DNA of 64,000 bases from positions 21,919 through 85,918 of the forward strand of contig CANJBZ010000009.1 in the NCBI GenBank assembly GCA_947473475.1, in the 5' to 3' direction. The DNA comes from Alphaproteobacteria bacterium. GTDB taxonomy: Bacteria; Pseudomonadota; Alphaproteobacteria; Micropepsales; Micropepsaceae. Numbering within the stretch: the first letter of the stretch is position 1; each line of letters opens with the position of its first letter. Made by a program: the position numbers and the translations under genes. Below are positions 18,673-28,094 of this stretch, in pieces. The notes beneath the pieces were generated by a model that was given only the letters and a program-made list of their open reading frames with translations, was not told where the DNA came from and searched no databases.

Positions 18673-19662
18673 TTACAATCCCGCCTTCGCCGCGAGAGAT
18701 TTCAGCGAATGCTCAGGACGCGCGCCGTAATGGGAGATCACCTCAGCGGCCGCTATCGAACCCAATTGTGCACAAGCTTGCAGCGAATGGTTGCGCGACA
18801 TGCCGTACATGAACCCGGCGGCAAACCCATCGCCGGCACCGGTTGTATCAACCACCTTCGCAATCGGTTCCGCCGGTTGCATGTGAACCTGGCCTGAGGG
18901 ATCGGCGACCACGCAGCCCTTTTCCGAGCGCGTAATGATTCCAAGCCCGCGCCAATCGCGAACAGCTTCAAGGGCCGGCACGAAACTGTCCACTTCGAAC
19001 AGGGCTTTGGCCTCTTCTTCATTGGCGAAAAGAATGTCGATGTCTTCCTTCATCAGATGAAGGAACTCCTCGCGGTACCGCCCGACGCAGAAGGGATCGG
19101 ACAGCGTGAAGGCCACTTTGTTGCCGGCGCCCTTGCAGGCCGCAATCGCTTTGCGGATAGCATTTTTGCACTTTTCGTCGTCCCACATGTAGCCTTCGAC
19201 GTAGAGGATCGAGGCCGAGCCGATCTGCTTGGCGTTTATATCCTCAGGCGTTAGGTCGCGACTGGCGCCGAGATACGTGCTCATGCTGCGATGCCCGTCC
19301 GGGGTTACCGCAATCACGCAGCAGGCCGTGGGCGCTCCGGCAACGGACATCGGCGTGTCGTAATCCACGCCGATCCGCTGAAGGTCTTCGGCGAAGCTGA
19401 AACCCAGCCGGTCGTTTTTCACCTTGCCGACAAAACAGCCCGTCGCGCCGAACGAAGCCAATCCCGCCATGGTATTGGCTGCGGAACCGCCGGAGCTTTG
19501 ACTTGCACCGTGAGCCGCTGCGATCAGCTGCTCGGCCCGAAATTCATCGATCAAGGTCATGACCGATTTGGCGATCATGTGCGTAAGCAGGAATTCGTCC
19601 GTTGCCGGAAAAATCACATCGACGATCGCGTTGCCGATGCCGATAACGTCATAATCTGCCAT
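18673..19662 (-). CDS. PfkB-family carbohydrate/adenosine kinase
   Basis: The start MADYDVIGIGNAIVD is preceded by GGGGGAA. The PfkB signature DTTGAGDGFAAGF is present. Confidence 0.85.
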   Translation of the reverse strand: MADYDVIGIGNAIVDVIFPATDEFLLTHMIAKSVMTLIDEFRAEQLIAAAHGASQSSGGSAANTMAGLASFGATGCFVGKVKNDRLGFSFAEDLQRIGVDYDTPMSVAGAPTACCVIAVTPDGHRSMSTYLGASRDLTPEDINAKQIGSASILYVEGYMWDDEKCKNAIRKAIAACKGAGNKVAFTLSDPFCVGRYREEFLHLMKEDIDILFANEEEAKALFEVDSFVPALEAVRDWRGLGIITRSEKGCVVADPSGQVHMQPAEPIAKVVDTTGAGDGFAAGFMYGMSRNHSLQACAQLGSIAAAEVISHYGARPEHSLKSLAAKAGL

Positions 19663-19731
19663 TGATTCCCCCGGATCGTCACACGATGTGGCGCCCGCCA
19701 AATGCGGTCTCTATAACGAAGGCCCACGGTT

Positions 19732-20202
19732 ATGAGGCTAAGGCACGTCTTGGCAAGACAAAAAGCTTTCGTTGTTGCAGCGGTTAGCATTCTCTTGCTG
19801 TCCGGCTGCGCCGGAACCGCCTCTTTGCCGCCCCGCTTGACGCTTCCCTCCCTACCCTCCTTTGGCACGCGTCCCGTGTCGCCCGTCATGGAGCCCCCGG
19901 CCCCCATGCCGGCCATACCGACTGGCGTGGCGATGATTGCACCTGTGCCGGTGATGGCTCCGCCACCCGTCGATGGGGCGAGTTTGCAGGCGCGCTATGG
20001 CCGCCCCGATTTCGTCCGGCGCGATGCCGATACCGAACTCTGGCGGTATGACGGTTCGGATTGTGCGGTGTTCTTCTTCCTTTACCGGGACGGCGGCGCC
20101 CTCAAGATTCGCTACAGCGAATCCATGCCGCGAGGCATGACCATGCCGGCCGATCCGAAATGCGTGGAGAGCCTCAACGCGCACCCCGGCGCGATGTCCT
20201 AG
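19732..20202 (+). CDS. hypothetical proline-rich lipoprotein
   Basis: 156 aa with a signal peptide and lipobox LLLSGC, a Pro-rich linker and a C-terminal globular part (WRYDGSDCAVFFFLY). Its 3' end overlaps the nth 3' end by 29 nt. Confidence 0.6.
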   Translation: MRLRHVLARQKAFVVAAVSILLLSGCAGTASLPPRLTLPSLPSFGTRPVSPVMEPPAPMPAIPTGVAMIAPVPVMAPPPVDGASLQARYGRPDFVRRDADTELWRYDGSDCAVFFFLYRDGGALKIRYSESMPRGMTMPADPKCVESLNAHPGAMS

Positions 20203-20893
20203 CCTTTTTTGCCGGCAATTTGCCTTCTGCGTCCGGTTCGGCGCCCACCGGCGCTGTTTTCGGCTGGAAACGGCAAATGTCGGCGACGATGCATTTGGGG
20301 CAAAGCGGCTTGCGTGCCACGCACACGTAGCGCCCATGCAGGATCAGCCAGTGGTGGGCGTGCAGCTTGTAGGCATCGGGCACGATACGCTCGAGACCAT
20401 CTTCCACCTCGCGCGGATTCTTGCCAGGCGCCAGATTGGTCCGATTGCTGACGCGGAAAATATGCGTGTCGACCGCCAGAGTTGGTTCTCCAAACGCCAC
20501 GTTCAAAACCACGTTTGCGGTTTTGCGTCCGACGCCGGGCAATTCCTGTAAGGCGTCACGATCGCGCGGGACTTGACCGTCGTACCGATCGAGCAGCGCC
20601 TGTGACAAGGCAATTACGTTTTTCGCCTTGGTGCGAAACAAGCCGATGGTTTTGATCGCCTCGCGCAAGCGATCCTCGCCGAGCGAGATCATTTTCTCCG
20701 GTGTGTCTACGATCTCGAACAACGGGCCGGTCGCCCTATTGACGCCCTTATCCGTGGCCTGCGCCGACAAGACGACAGCGACAAGCAACGTGTACGGATT
20801 TTTATACTGCAGCTCCGAGCGGGGGGCGGGGTCACGCTCTTGAAGGCGGCGGAAGAACTCTTCGGCTTCTTGACGGGAAATACGGCGAGGCAT
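20174..20893 (-). CDS. nth: endonuclease III
   Basis: The start MPRRISRQEAEEFF is at 20893. The HhH motif LPGVGRKTANVVL and the 4Fe-4S motif CVARKPLCPKCIVADIC are present, followed by a basic C-terminal tail. Confidence 0.9.
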   Translation of the reverse strand: MPRRISRQEAEEFFRRLQERDPAPRSELQYKNPYTLLVAVVLSAQATDKGVNRATGPLFEIVDTPEKMISLGEDRLREAIKTIGLFRTKAKNVIALSQALLDRYDGQVPRDRDALQELPGVGRKTANVVLNVAFGEPTLAVDTHIFRVSNRTNLAPGKNPREVEDGLERIVPDAYKLHAHHWLILHGRYVCVARKPLCPKCIVADICRFQPKTAPVGAEPDAEGKLPAKKARTSRRGAR

Positions 20894-21004
20894 GTCACCT
20901 CTGTGAAAAAAAGACAGGGTCAACTCTAGGCATTGACGTCGCCGATGGGAACGAAAGCTTGCACGCCCCGTTTCCACCCCGGACCCGAAACATGGGGAAA
21001 AGAA

Positions 21005-21301
21005 ATGGCAATTATGACCTTTAAGAATTTTGCGGCATCTGCCGCTGTGACCGCGGCCCTTGCGCTAGCCGCGTGCGGAACGACCCAAGGTGACCGTGCT
21101 GTATCCGGTGGCCTGTTAGGCGCGGGTGCGGGCGCGGCGATAGGCTCGCTTTCCGGCAATGCCGGCGCGGGCGCTATCATTGGCGGGCTTGGCGGCGCAG
21201 CAGTTGGCGCTGTCACCGACCCATGCACGCTGAATCTCGGCGATCCGTTCTGGCACGATCACGGCGGGGAACGCGAGTATAACCGGCGTTGCCGTCACTA
21301 A
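21005..21301 (+). CDS. glycine-zipper (YMGG-like) small lipoprotein
   Basis: The start MAIMTFKNF follows GGGGAAAAG. It has the lipobox LALAAC and a glycine zipper GGLLGAGAGAAIGSLSGNAGAGAIIGGLGGAAVGA. Confidence 0.7.
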   Translation: MAIMTFKNFAASAAVTAALALAACGTTQGDRAVSGGLLGAGAGAAIGSLSGNAGAGAIIGGLGGAAVGAVTDPCTLNLGDPFWHDHGGEREYNRRCRH

Positions 21302-21322
21302 TTTGAATATCGTTGATGGGGA

Positions 21323-21355
21323 AAGCCCGCTTACCGGCGGGCTTCCGCATTTTTA
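21323..21355 (+). terminator. rho-independent terminator after the glycine-zipper gene
   Basis: AAGCCCGC-TTACCG-GCGGGCTT stem-loop followed by CCGCATTTTT. Confidence 0.6.
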
Positions 21356-21377
21356 ACGGTCTGATACATTTGCGGCC

Positions 21378-21857
21378 ATGGACCGGCGCATTGTCTTCGA
21401 CGTCATTTTGCAGCCAAACCGCCCCTTGTCGCCACGCGGCTTGGCGCTGGTGATTGGTTTCGTAGGCGTCGTCAGTTTTGTTGCCGGTATTCTATTTGCC
21501 CTTAGAGGCGCGTGGCCGGTCACCCCCTTCTTTGGCGTGGACGTGTTGCTCTTGGCGTGGGCAATGCGCACGAGCGTGCGCGCCAGCCGTCGTCGCGAAC
21601 ATCTCACATTGAGCAGTGATCTTCTGGTGATCGAGCGCTTCAGCCCAAAAGGCGAGCTGAAGCGGGAAGAGATCAACCCCTATTGGCTGCGCGTGGAGCA
21701 TGAGGACCCCGAATTGCTGGGCGCGGAGCTGGCGCTCGTCTCACGCGGGCAACGCTGGGTCGTTGGCGCGTTTCTTGGCGCCGAGGAGCGCGCGGGTCTG
21801 GCTGAGGCGCTGCGCCGGGCGCTGCGCGAAGCCCGCAACGCTCTTCCCGGAATCTGA
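21378..21857 (+). CDS. DUF2244 family membrane protein
   Basis: 159 aa with two N-terminal TM helices and the NPYWLRVEHED motif characteristic of DUF2244. Confidence 0.7.
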   Translation: MDRRIVFDVILQPNRPLSPRGLALVIGFVGVVSFVAGILFALRGAWPVTPFFGVDVLLLAWAMRTSVRASRRREHLTLSSDLLVIERFSPKGELKREEINPYWLRVEHEDPELLGAELALVSRGQRWVVGAFLGAEERAGLAEALRRALREARNALPGI

Positions 21858-21924
21858 GTTTCGCGCACCGCTTGGGCGCAAGATTCGGGTCGTAAGACCG
21901 GAGCGCGCCACGTAGATTGCCGCC

Positions 21925-22776
21925 ATGCTGCAAACATCGCCTTCCGCCCTGACGGCAAATTATCCACGCATCGCGCAGGCAATCGCATATCTGGCCGAAA
22001 GATACGCCGAGCAGCCTTCGCTGGACGATGCCGCACGTGCAGCGGGTCTTTCGCCCCATCATTTTCAGCGCGAATTTTCGCGGCTGGCAGGGGTTAGCCC
22101 CAAAGCCTTCGTCGCGCATCTGACGCTGGAGCACGCCAAAGCAAACCTCGCCAAGGGCGAAACTGTTTTTAACGCGGCGCTTGACGCTGGGCTATCAGGC
22201 CCGTCGCGCCTGCACGATCTGTGTCTGAAAGTGGAGGCGATGACGCCGGGCTCCTACGCCAAGGGCGGCGCCGATTTGAATATTGCTTACGGCTTTTGGC
22301 CGTCGCTGTTTGGTACGACGCTTCTGATGGCAACCGAACGCAGCCTTTGCGGCTTAGCGTTCGGGGACGATGAGGACGCGATGTTTGCCGACATGGCGGC
22401 ACGCTGGCCCAAAGCGGCGTTCACGCGGGATGACACGCGTATTGCGCCTTATGCAGAGCGCATATTCAACACCGGGTCGGCCGCAACAACGCCCCTGCCC
22501 GTTCAGCTCTTTGGCACACCCTGGCAAATCAAAGTGTGGCAGGCGCTGCTCGCGATTCCCGAAGGCGCCGTAGCGACCTATCGTTCTGTGGCGGAAACCG
22601 TGTGCACGGCAAAGGCTGCGCGTGCGACCGGGGCCGCCATCGGACGAAATCCCATTGCACTGCTGATTCCGTGCCATCGCGTGCTCGCCTCAAACGGCGC
22701 CCTCACCGGCTACCACTGGGGTGAGTCCCGCAAGCGCGCCATCCTCGCGCTGGAAGCCGCGCGCTTGGGGGAATAG
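21925..22776 (+). CDS. AraC-HTH / methylated-DNA-protein-cysteine methyltransferase fusion (Ada-like)
   Basis: 283 aa. The N-terminal AraC-type HTH (LSPHHFQREFSRLAGVSPKAF) is fused to an MGMT domain with the active site IPCHRV. Confidence 0.85.
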   Translation: MLQTSPSALTANYPRIAQAIAYLAERYAEQPSLDDAARAAGLSPHHFQREFSRLAGVSPKAFVAHLTLEHAKANLAKGETVFNAALDAGLSGPSRLHDLCLKVEAMTPGSYAKGGADLNIAYGFWPSLFGTTLLMATERSLCGLAFGDDEDAMFADMAARWPKAAFTRDDTRIAPYAERIFNTGSAATTPLPVQLFGTPWQIKVWQALLAIPEGAVATYRSVAETVCTAKAARATGAAIGRNPIALLIPCHRVLASNGALTGYHWGESRKRAILALEAARLGE

Positions 22777-22790
22777 CGTCCACGAGCGAA

Positions 22791-23987
22791 TTACTTCCCG
22801 ACGTTTGGATCCATGCCGCGGGCGCTTAGCGCGTCGATGTCGCCGCCGATTTGATCGCCGCTCTGCTGCTTGGCGAATCCGCGATTGTGCAGGCTGAGGG
22901 CGTCCTTGGGATTTTTCGCCAGCGCGACATTGAAGTCGGCGATCGCCCGCGCGTATTGCTTGGACTTCACCAACGCCAGGCCGCGATTGCCATAGGCGCT
23001 GGCAAGCTGCGGGTTCAAGCGGATCGCCGCGTCGTAATCGGCGATCGCGCGTGTGAAATCGCCCTTTTTCGCATAGACGTTGCCGCGGTTGTTGTAGGCC
23101 TCGGCACCGTTCGCATCGATCATGATCGCGCGCCCGTAATCCTGAAGCGCCTGGTCCAGATCGTTTTGGGCCATATAGATATTGCCGCGGTTGACGTAGG
23201 GCGAAGGATCGTTGGGATCGAGTTTGATCGCCTGCGCGAAATCGGCGAGCGCGCGGTCGTGCGCGCCGTTGCTTTCGTGCGCGACGGCGCGATGGCTATA
23301 GGCGCCGACGAAATTCGGATTGAGCTTGATGGCGGCATCGAAATCGGCAATCGCCCGATCCGTTTCGCCTTGATCCAAAAGCGCGAGCCCGCGATTGTCG
23401 TAGGCGGCGATGAATTTGGGATCGAGTTTCAGCGCTGCATCGAAATCGGCAATGGCGCGGTCGTCTTCGCCTTGCACGCGATAGGCTTCGCCGCGATTGG
23501 CGAAAGCGGAAACATTCTTGGGATCGATGGCAATTGCCGCGTTGTAATCGGCTAGCGCTTTTTCGGGATCGCCAGAGGACAGATGGAAATTGGCCCGCTG
23601 CAGCAGGCCGCCCGCGTCCTTTGGATTCATCGCAACCGCACGGTCATAATCGGCAAGCGCGCGCGTCGCATCGCCTTGCGTCTGATAGTAATTGCCGCGT
23701 CCGACATAGGCCGTCGGATTTCGCGCATCGAGCTGAATGGCCGATTCAAAATCGGGCAGGGCGCGGTCGAATTGCTGGCGCGCCAAATAGGCCAGTCCGC
23801 GATTGGTCAGCGCGCGGCTGCGCGTCGGCACCGGGGTCGTGCGGGATTCGATGACGGCCGTACAGCCGATGATGGCGAGCGCCGGATCGGCGCCGTTGCA
23901 TTGACGGATTTGCTGATCGGTCTGCGCCCAAACACTCGCCGGAGCCGCGACAATTGCTGCTGCGAACAACCAGGATTTCAGCCGCAT
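22791..23987 (-). CDS. secreted tetratricopeptide-repeat protein
   Basis: The signal peptide MRLKSWLFAAAIVAAPASVWA is followed by about 10 tandem 34-aa TPR units (the pattern A.ADFD.AIKLDP... recurs). An alternative start is at 24005. Confidence 0.8.
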   Translation of the reverse strand: MRLKSWLFAAAIVAAPASVWAQTDQQIRQCNGADPALAIIGCTAVIESRTTPVPTRSRALTNRGLAYLARQQFDRALPDFESAIQLDARNPTAYVGRGNYYQTQGDATRALADYDRAVAMNPKDAGGLLQRANFHLSSGDPEKALADYNAAIAIDPKNVSAFANRGEAYRVQGEDDRAIADFDAALKLDPKFIAAYDNRGLALLDQGETDRAIADFDAAIKLNPNFVGAYSHRAVAHESNGAHDRALADFAQAIKLDPNDPSPYVNRGNIYMAQNDLDQALQDYGRAIMIDANGAEAYNNRGNVYAKKGDFTRAIADYDAAIRLNPQLASAYGNRGLALVKSKQYARAIADFNVALAKNPKDALSLHNRGFAKQQSGDQIGGDIDALSARGMDPNVGK

Positions 23988-24008
23988 ACGGACGCCCTCG
24001 ACCAATAG

Positions 24009-24818
24009 CTACGACGAAAGCCCGAGCACGTCGGTCATGGCGTAAAGCCCCGGCTTTTTTCCTTGGCCCCAACGTGCGGCTTGCAGCGCGCCCCTCGCGA
24101 AGATCATGCGGTCTTCCGCGCGGTGCGTCAGCTCAATCCGCTCGAAGGGACCTGCCAGCGTCACCGAATGATCGCCGACAACCGTGCCGCCGCGCAGCGC
24201 CGCAAAGCCGATAGCGCCGTCGGGGCGCGCGCCGGTTTGTCCGTCGCGTCCGCGCACAGCGTGTTCCCGCAATGATACGTCCCGCCCCGCGGCTGCGGCT
24301 TCGCCCAGCAGCAGCGCGGTGCCGGAGGGTGCATCCACCTTCATGCGATGATGCATTTCGACGATCTCTACGTCGAAATCGGGAAGAGCCTTGGCGGCTT
24401 GGCGCACCAGCGCGGCGAGCAGATTGACGCCCAGGCTCATATTTCCCGATTTCACGATGACCGCGTGACGCGCCGATGCTTTCAGCCGGGTCAGGTCGTC
24501 CTCCGCAAATCCCGTCGTGCCGATGACGTGGACAATGCGGGCCTGCGCCGCCAGTTCGGATACCGCAACGCTTGCCGCGGGCGTCGTGAAATCCAGCACG
24601 GCATCGGACGCGGCTAGCGCGGCGAGGGCGTCATCGCTTAACCGGATGCCATTGGGCTGCAATCCCGCGAGGACCCCAGCATCTTCACCGAGCGAGGCTT
24701 GGCCGGGGCGCTCCAGCGCAAAGGCAAGTTTCATGTCTTCGGCTTCGGCCAAAGCACGAATCAACGTGCGGCCCATGCGGCCGGATGCACCGGCAACCGT
24801 AACGCGAATGGTACTCAT
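24009..24818 (-). CDS. dapB: 4-hydroxy-tetrahydrodipicolinate reductase
   Basis: 269 aa with N-terminal VAGASGRMG and the signature [18 protein letters not shown]. Confidence 0.95.
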   Translation of the reverse strand: MSTIRVTVAGASGRMGRTLIRALAEAEDMKLAFALERPGQASLGEDAGVLAGLQPNGIRLSDDALAALAASDAVLDFTTPAASVAVSELAAQARIVHVIGTTGFAEDDLTRLKASARHAVIVKSGNMSLGVNLLAALVRQAAKALPDFDVEIVEMHHRMKVDAPSGTALLLGEAAAAGRDVSLREHAVRGRDGQTGARPDGAIGFAALRGGTVVGDHSVTLAGPFERIELTHRAEDRMIFARGALQAARWGQGKKPGLYAMTDVLGLSS

Positions 24819-24871
24819 GGATCGATCTTACGCTTAAGACGCCACAGCCCGCAAAGCCCGGTCCTGCCGCG

Positions 24872-25474
24872 TCAAACCTTCGAATCCACGGACGCTCCGT
24901 GCGCTCCGCCGTCACCATTCGGACGCGGGCCGGCCTTTGCAACGGTCACCATCGCCGGGCGGAGCAACCGGTCGCCGATGACGTAGCCCGACTGCACGAC
25001 GCTCACCACGGTGCCCGGCTCGGCGCCTTGCGCAGGCACCTCCGCAATCGCCTGGTGCAGATGCGGGTCGAAGCGCTGACTTTGGGCCTCAATAGGCTTG
25101 ACCCCATGACGTCCGAGAACGGCTTGCAACTCGCGTTCGGTGGCCTCAATGCCGTCGAGGACGGCCTTGATTGAATCGTCAGCCTGGGCGCGTGCGTCGG
25201 CAGACATCGCGGCGAGGGCCCGTGTGAGGTTATCCGCCACTGTCAGCAGATCGCGGGCAAAGCGCGTCACGCTATAGGTGCGTGAGTCGTCGCGTTCGCG
25301 TTCCAGACGCTTGCGGACGTTTTCGACCTCGGCCAGCGCCCGCAAGGCGCGGTCCTTTTGCGCGTCGGCTTCGGCCCGAAGCACGTTGATCTCACGCCGG
25401 ATTTCATCCTCGCCGGCGGCGTTCCCCTGACCCGCTTCTTCGGGCAAAGGCTGGTTATCGGTATCGGCAGACAT
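24872..25474 (-). CDS. grpE: nucleotide exchange factor GrpE
   Basis: The start MSADTDNQ is preceded by AAGGAGAA. It has the GrpE coiled coil and a C-terminal beta domain (FDPHLHQAI...GYVIGDRLLRPAMV). Confidence 0.9.
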   Translation of the reverse strand: MSADTDNQPLPEEAGQGNAAGEDEIRREINVLRAEADAQKDRALRALAEVENVRKRLERERDDSRTYSVTRFARDLLTVADNLTRALAAMSADARAQADDSIKAVLDGIEATERELQAVLGRHGVKPIEAQSQRFDPHLHQAIAEVPAQGAEPGTVVSVVQSGYVIGDRLLRPAMVTVAKAGPRPNGDGGAHGASVDSKV

Positions 25475-25508
25475 GATTCTCCTTAAACTCTGATGCTGCT
25501 GGGCCGGT

Positions 25509-26579
25509 CTATGCCAAAAGCCGGCCGACCACGCGCGCGGTATAATCCACCATAGGGATAATGCGGGCATAATTCAGCCGTGTCGGGCCAATTACGCCGA
25601 TGACGCCTAACACTTTGCCTTTGGCATCGGCATAGGGCGCGGCGACGATCGAAGACCCCGACAATGAGAACAATTTGTTTTCCGAACCGATGAAGATGTG
25701 GACACCCTCACCCTTGCGCGCAAGCTCCAGAAGCGAAATCAGGTCGCTCTTGCGCTCGATATCGTCGAACAGCGTACGGACGCGCTCGAGATCGCCCTGG
25801 GCGCCAATATCATCCAGCAGGTTAGAGGCCCCCCGCACGATCAAGATTTTATCGCCCGCGGCATCCGCGCCTTCATGCGGCCGGGCGGACAACGTCGCCA
25901 ACCCGGCCGAGACGATCTGGGCTGTAAGAGTGTCGAGCTGAGCCCGCTGCTCTTCGATTTCCTTTAGGATCTCGCCCCGCGCCGCATCCAGGGTGCGCCC
26001 CTGCAGCTTGGCCGAGAGATAATTGCCCGCTTCAATCAGCACGGAGTGCGGGAGGCCAAGGGGTGTCTCGATCAGCCGGTTCTCCACGCTCCCATCCGCG
26101 CCCACCAGGATGGCCAGGGCCCTTCCCGCCCCGACGGCGACGAACTCGACATGTTTGAGCGCCACTTCTTGCTTGGCCGCGACCAGCAGCCCGGCGCACC
26201 GCGATAGCCCGGACAGAAGACTTGCCGCCTGTGTGAGAACGTCCTCCAAGGGGCGGCCGGATGCCGCGATGCGGTCCTCGATGGCGGCCCGCTCGTCGCG
26301 CGTCAGGTCGCCGACCTGCAGCATGCCGTCGACGAATAGCCGAAGGCCTTTTTCGGTCGGGACGCGGCCTGCGCTGGTGTGCGGCGCGTAAAGCAGGCCC
26401 ATGGTTTCCAAATCCGCCATGACGTTGCGGATGGATGCCGGGGACAGATTAACGGGCAAGCGTTGGGAAATGGTACGGGACCCGACAGGCTCACCCGACG
26501 AGAGATATGCCTCGACCAAGTGCCGGAAAACCTCCCGCGGACGGCTGCCAAGCTCGCTGGTGATGAGATCGCCCTGCAT
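25509..26579 (-). CDS. hrcA: heat-inducible transcription repressor HrcA
   Basis: 356 aa with an N-terminal winged helix (FRHLVEAYLSSGEPVGSRTIS) and the HrcA C-terminal domain. It sits directly upstream of grpE. Confidence 0.9.
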   Translation of the reverse strand: MQGDLITSELGSRPREVFRHLVEAYLSSGEPVGSRTISQRLPVNLSPASIRNVMADLETMGLLYAPHTSAGRVPTEKGLRLFVDGMLQVGDLTRDERAAIEDRIAASGRPLEDVLTQAASLLSGLSRCAGLLVAAKQEVALKHVEFVAVGAGRALAILVGADGSVENRLIETPLGLPHSVLIEAGNYLSAKLQGRTLDAARGEILKEIEEQRAQLDTLTAQIVSAGLATLSARPHEGADAAGDKILIVRGASNLLDDIGAQGDLERVRTLFDDIERKSDLISLLELARKGEGVHIFIGSENKLFSLSGSSIVAAPYADAKGKVLGVIGVIGPTRLNYARIIPMVDYTARVVGRLLA

Positions 26580-26739
26580 GCCGGTTGAGGTTTTGCCTCT
26601 CCTATCCCAAGGACCTAAGATATTGTCATGGCGGTTCGATTTTGACTGCCGCCGGCCCGCTCAGCGCCCGCAATTTGCACCGCGGCGCTCAGGCCGCTAG
26701 GTAACCGTCGACCTTTATAACTTCAAGAGATGCCCCGCT

Positions 26740-27480
26740 ATGGCTGTTACCGATAATTCCGCACTCCGCCCCTCCGGTCGCCAGACCGATCAAATGCGTG
26801 CCGTCAGCTTCGAACCGGGAATCTTGAAGCACGCGGAAGGCTCCTGCCTGGTCAAATTCGGCAATACGCACGTGTTGTGCACGGCCAGCTTGGAAAATCA
26901 GCCGCCCCCGTTTTTGCGGGGGAGCGGGCGTGGCTGGGTCACGGCCGAATATGGGATGCTTCCGAGGGCCACCAACGAGCGCACACGGCGTGAGGCCGCC
27001 GCCGGCAAGCAAAGCGGGCGTACGCAGGAAATTCAGCGCCTTATCGGCCGTTCCCTCCGCGCCATCACCGCGTTGGAGCTTCTCGGCGAGCGCCAGATCA
27101 TTATCGACTGCGACGTTATCCAGGCCGATGGCGGCACCCGGACGGCCTCTATCACCGGCGGATTTGTCGCTCTGTACCAATGCATCAGCTTCATGACCGG
27201 CACCGGACTGATCGCCCGGCACGCCATCAAAGACCATGTGGCGGCGGTATCCTGCGGCATTTACGGGACCACGCCGGTTCTCGACTTGGACTATCCAGAG
27301 GATTCGGCCGCGGCAACGGATAGCAATTTCGTGCTGACCGGGACGGGCGGGATTGTCGAAATTCAGGGTACCGCGGAAGGCGTTCCCTTCACCGAAGAGC
27401 AGTTCTCCGAACTTCTGCGCTTGGCCCGTAAGGGCACGACGGAGCTTGTGGCCTTGCAAAAGCAGGCGCTGAAACTGTGA
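26740..27480 (+). CDS. rph: ribonuclease PH
   Basis: 246 aa with the motifs [16 protein letters not shown] and [18 protein letters not shown]. Confidence 0.95.
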   Translation: MAVTDNSALRPSGRQTDQMRAVSFEPGILKHAEGSCLVKFGNTHVLCTASLENQPPPFLRGSGRGWVTAEYGMLPRATNERTRREAAAGKQSGRTQEIQRLIGRSLRAITALELLGERQIIIDCDVIQADGGTRTASITGGFVALYQCISFMTGTGLIARHAIKDHVAAVSCGIYGTTPVLDLDYPEDSAAATDSNFVLTGTGGIVEIQGTAEGVPFTEEQFSELLRLARKGTTELVALQKQALKL

Positions 27481-28094
27481 TCCGCCTGCGGCGCGGCGAC
27501 CGGCTGGTGGTGGCGAGCCACAATCCCGGCAAGGTCCGGGAAATTAAAGAGCTGATCGCTCCGTTCGGCATCCAGACGCTAGGGGCGGCCGAGCTGGGAT
27601 TGCCGGAGCCGGAAGAGACCGGCTCCACCTTCGCGGACAATGCGAAGCTGAAGGCTGAAGCGGCGGCGAAGGTGAGTGGACTGCCCTCGCTGTCGGATGA
27701 TTCCGGCCTCTGCGTCGATGGGCTCAACGGTGACCCGGGCATTTATTCCGCGCGCTGGGCGGGACCGGACAAGGATTTCCGGCTGGCGATGCGGCGGATC
27801 GAGGAATTGCTGGCGGCAAAAGAGATAGCCGACAGGCGGGCGCATTTTGTCTGCGTCCTGGCCCTGGCCGTGCCGGGTGAAGAAACCGGGATTTACGAGG
27901 GCCGCATCTTCGGAGAGCTGACCTTTCCGCCGCGGGGCGACAAAGGTTTTGGCTACGATCCGATCTTCGTGCCGGAAGGTTATCGCAGTACCTTTGGCGA
28001 AATGGACCCGAAGGAAAAGCACGCCATGTCGCATCGTGCGCGTGCGTTTGTGAAATTCGTCCGGGAGGCTATCGCCCCGGACTTAGGGGCATGA
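27477..28094 (+). CDS. rdgB: non-canonical purine NTP pyrophosphatase RdgB/HAM1
   Basis: 205 aa with the motifs [20 protein letters not shown] and GFGYDPIF. There is a 4-nt overlap with rph. Confidence 0.9.
   Translation: MIRLRRGDRLVVASHNPGKVREIKELIAPFGIQTLGAAELGLPEPEETGSTFADNAKLKAEAAAKVSGLPSLSDDSGLCVDGLNGDPGIYSARWAGPDKDFRLAMRRIEELLAAKEIADRRAHFVCVLALAVPGEETGIYEGRIFGELTFPPRGDKGFGYDPIFVPEGYRSTFGEMDPKEKHAMSHRARAFVKFVREAIAPDLGA

Noticed and set aside
26620-26670. GGTTCGA-containing segment (tRNA T-loop-like) in the hrcA-rph intergenic region.
   Set aside because: The flanking bases do not form a T-stem, and no acceptor, D or anticodon arms can be drawn. It is not a tRNA or a tRNA fragment that I can support.
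26580-26739. Search for CIRCE (TTAGCACTC-N9-GAGTGCTAA) or a sigma32 promoter upstream of hrcA.
   Set aside because: There is no CIRCE-like inverted repeat. The only CTTGAA (on the minus strand, near 26721) lacks a convincing CCCCAT-type -10 at the right spacing. No call made.
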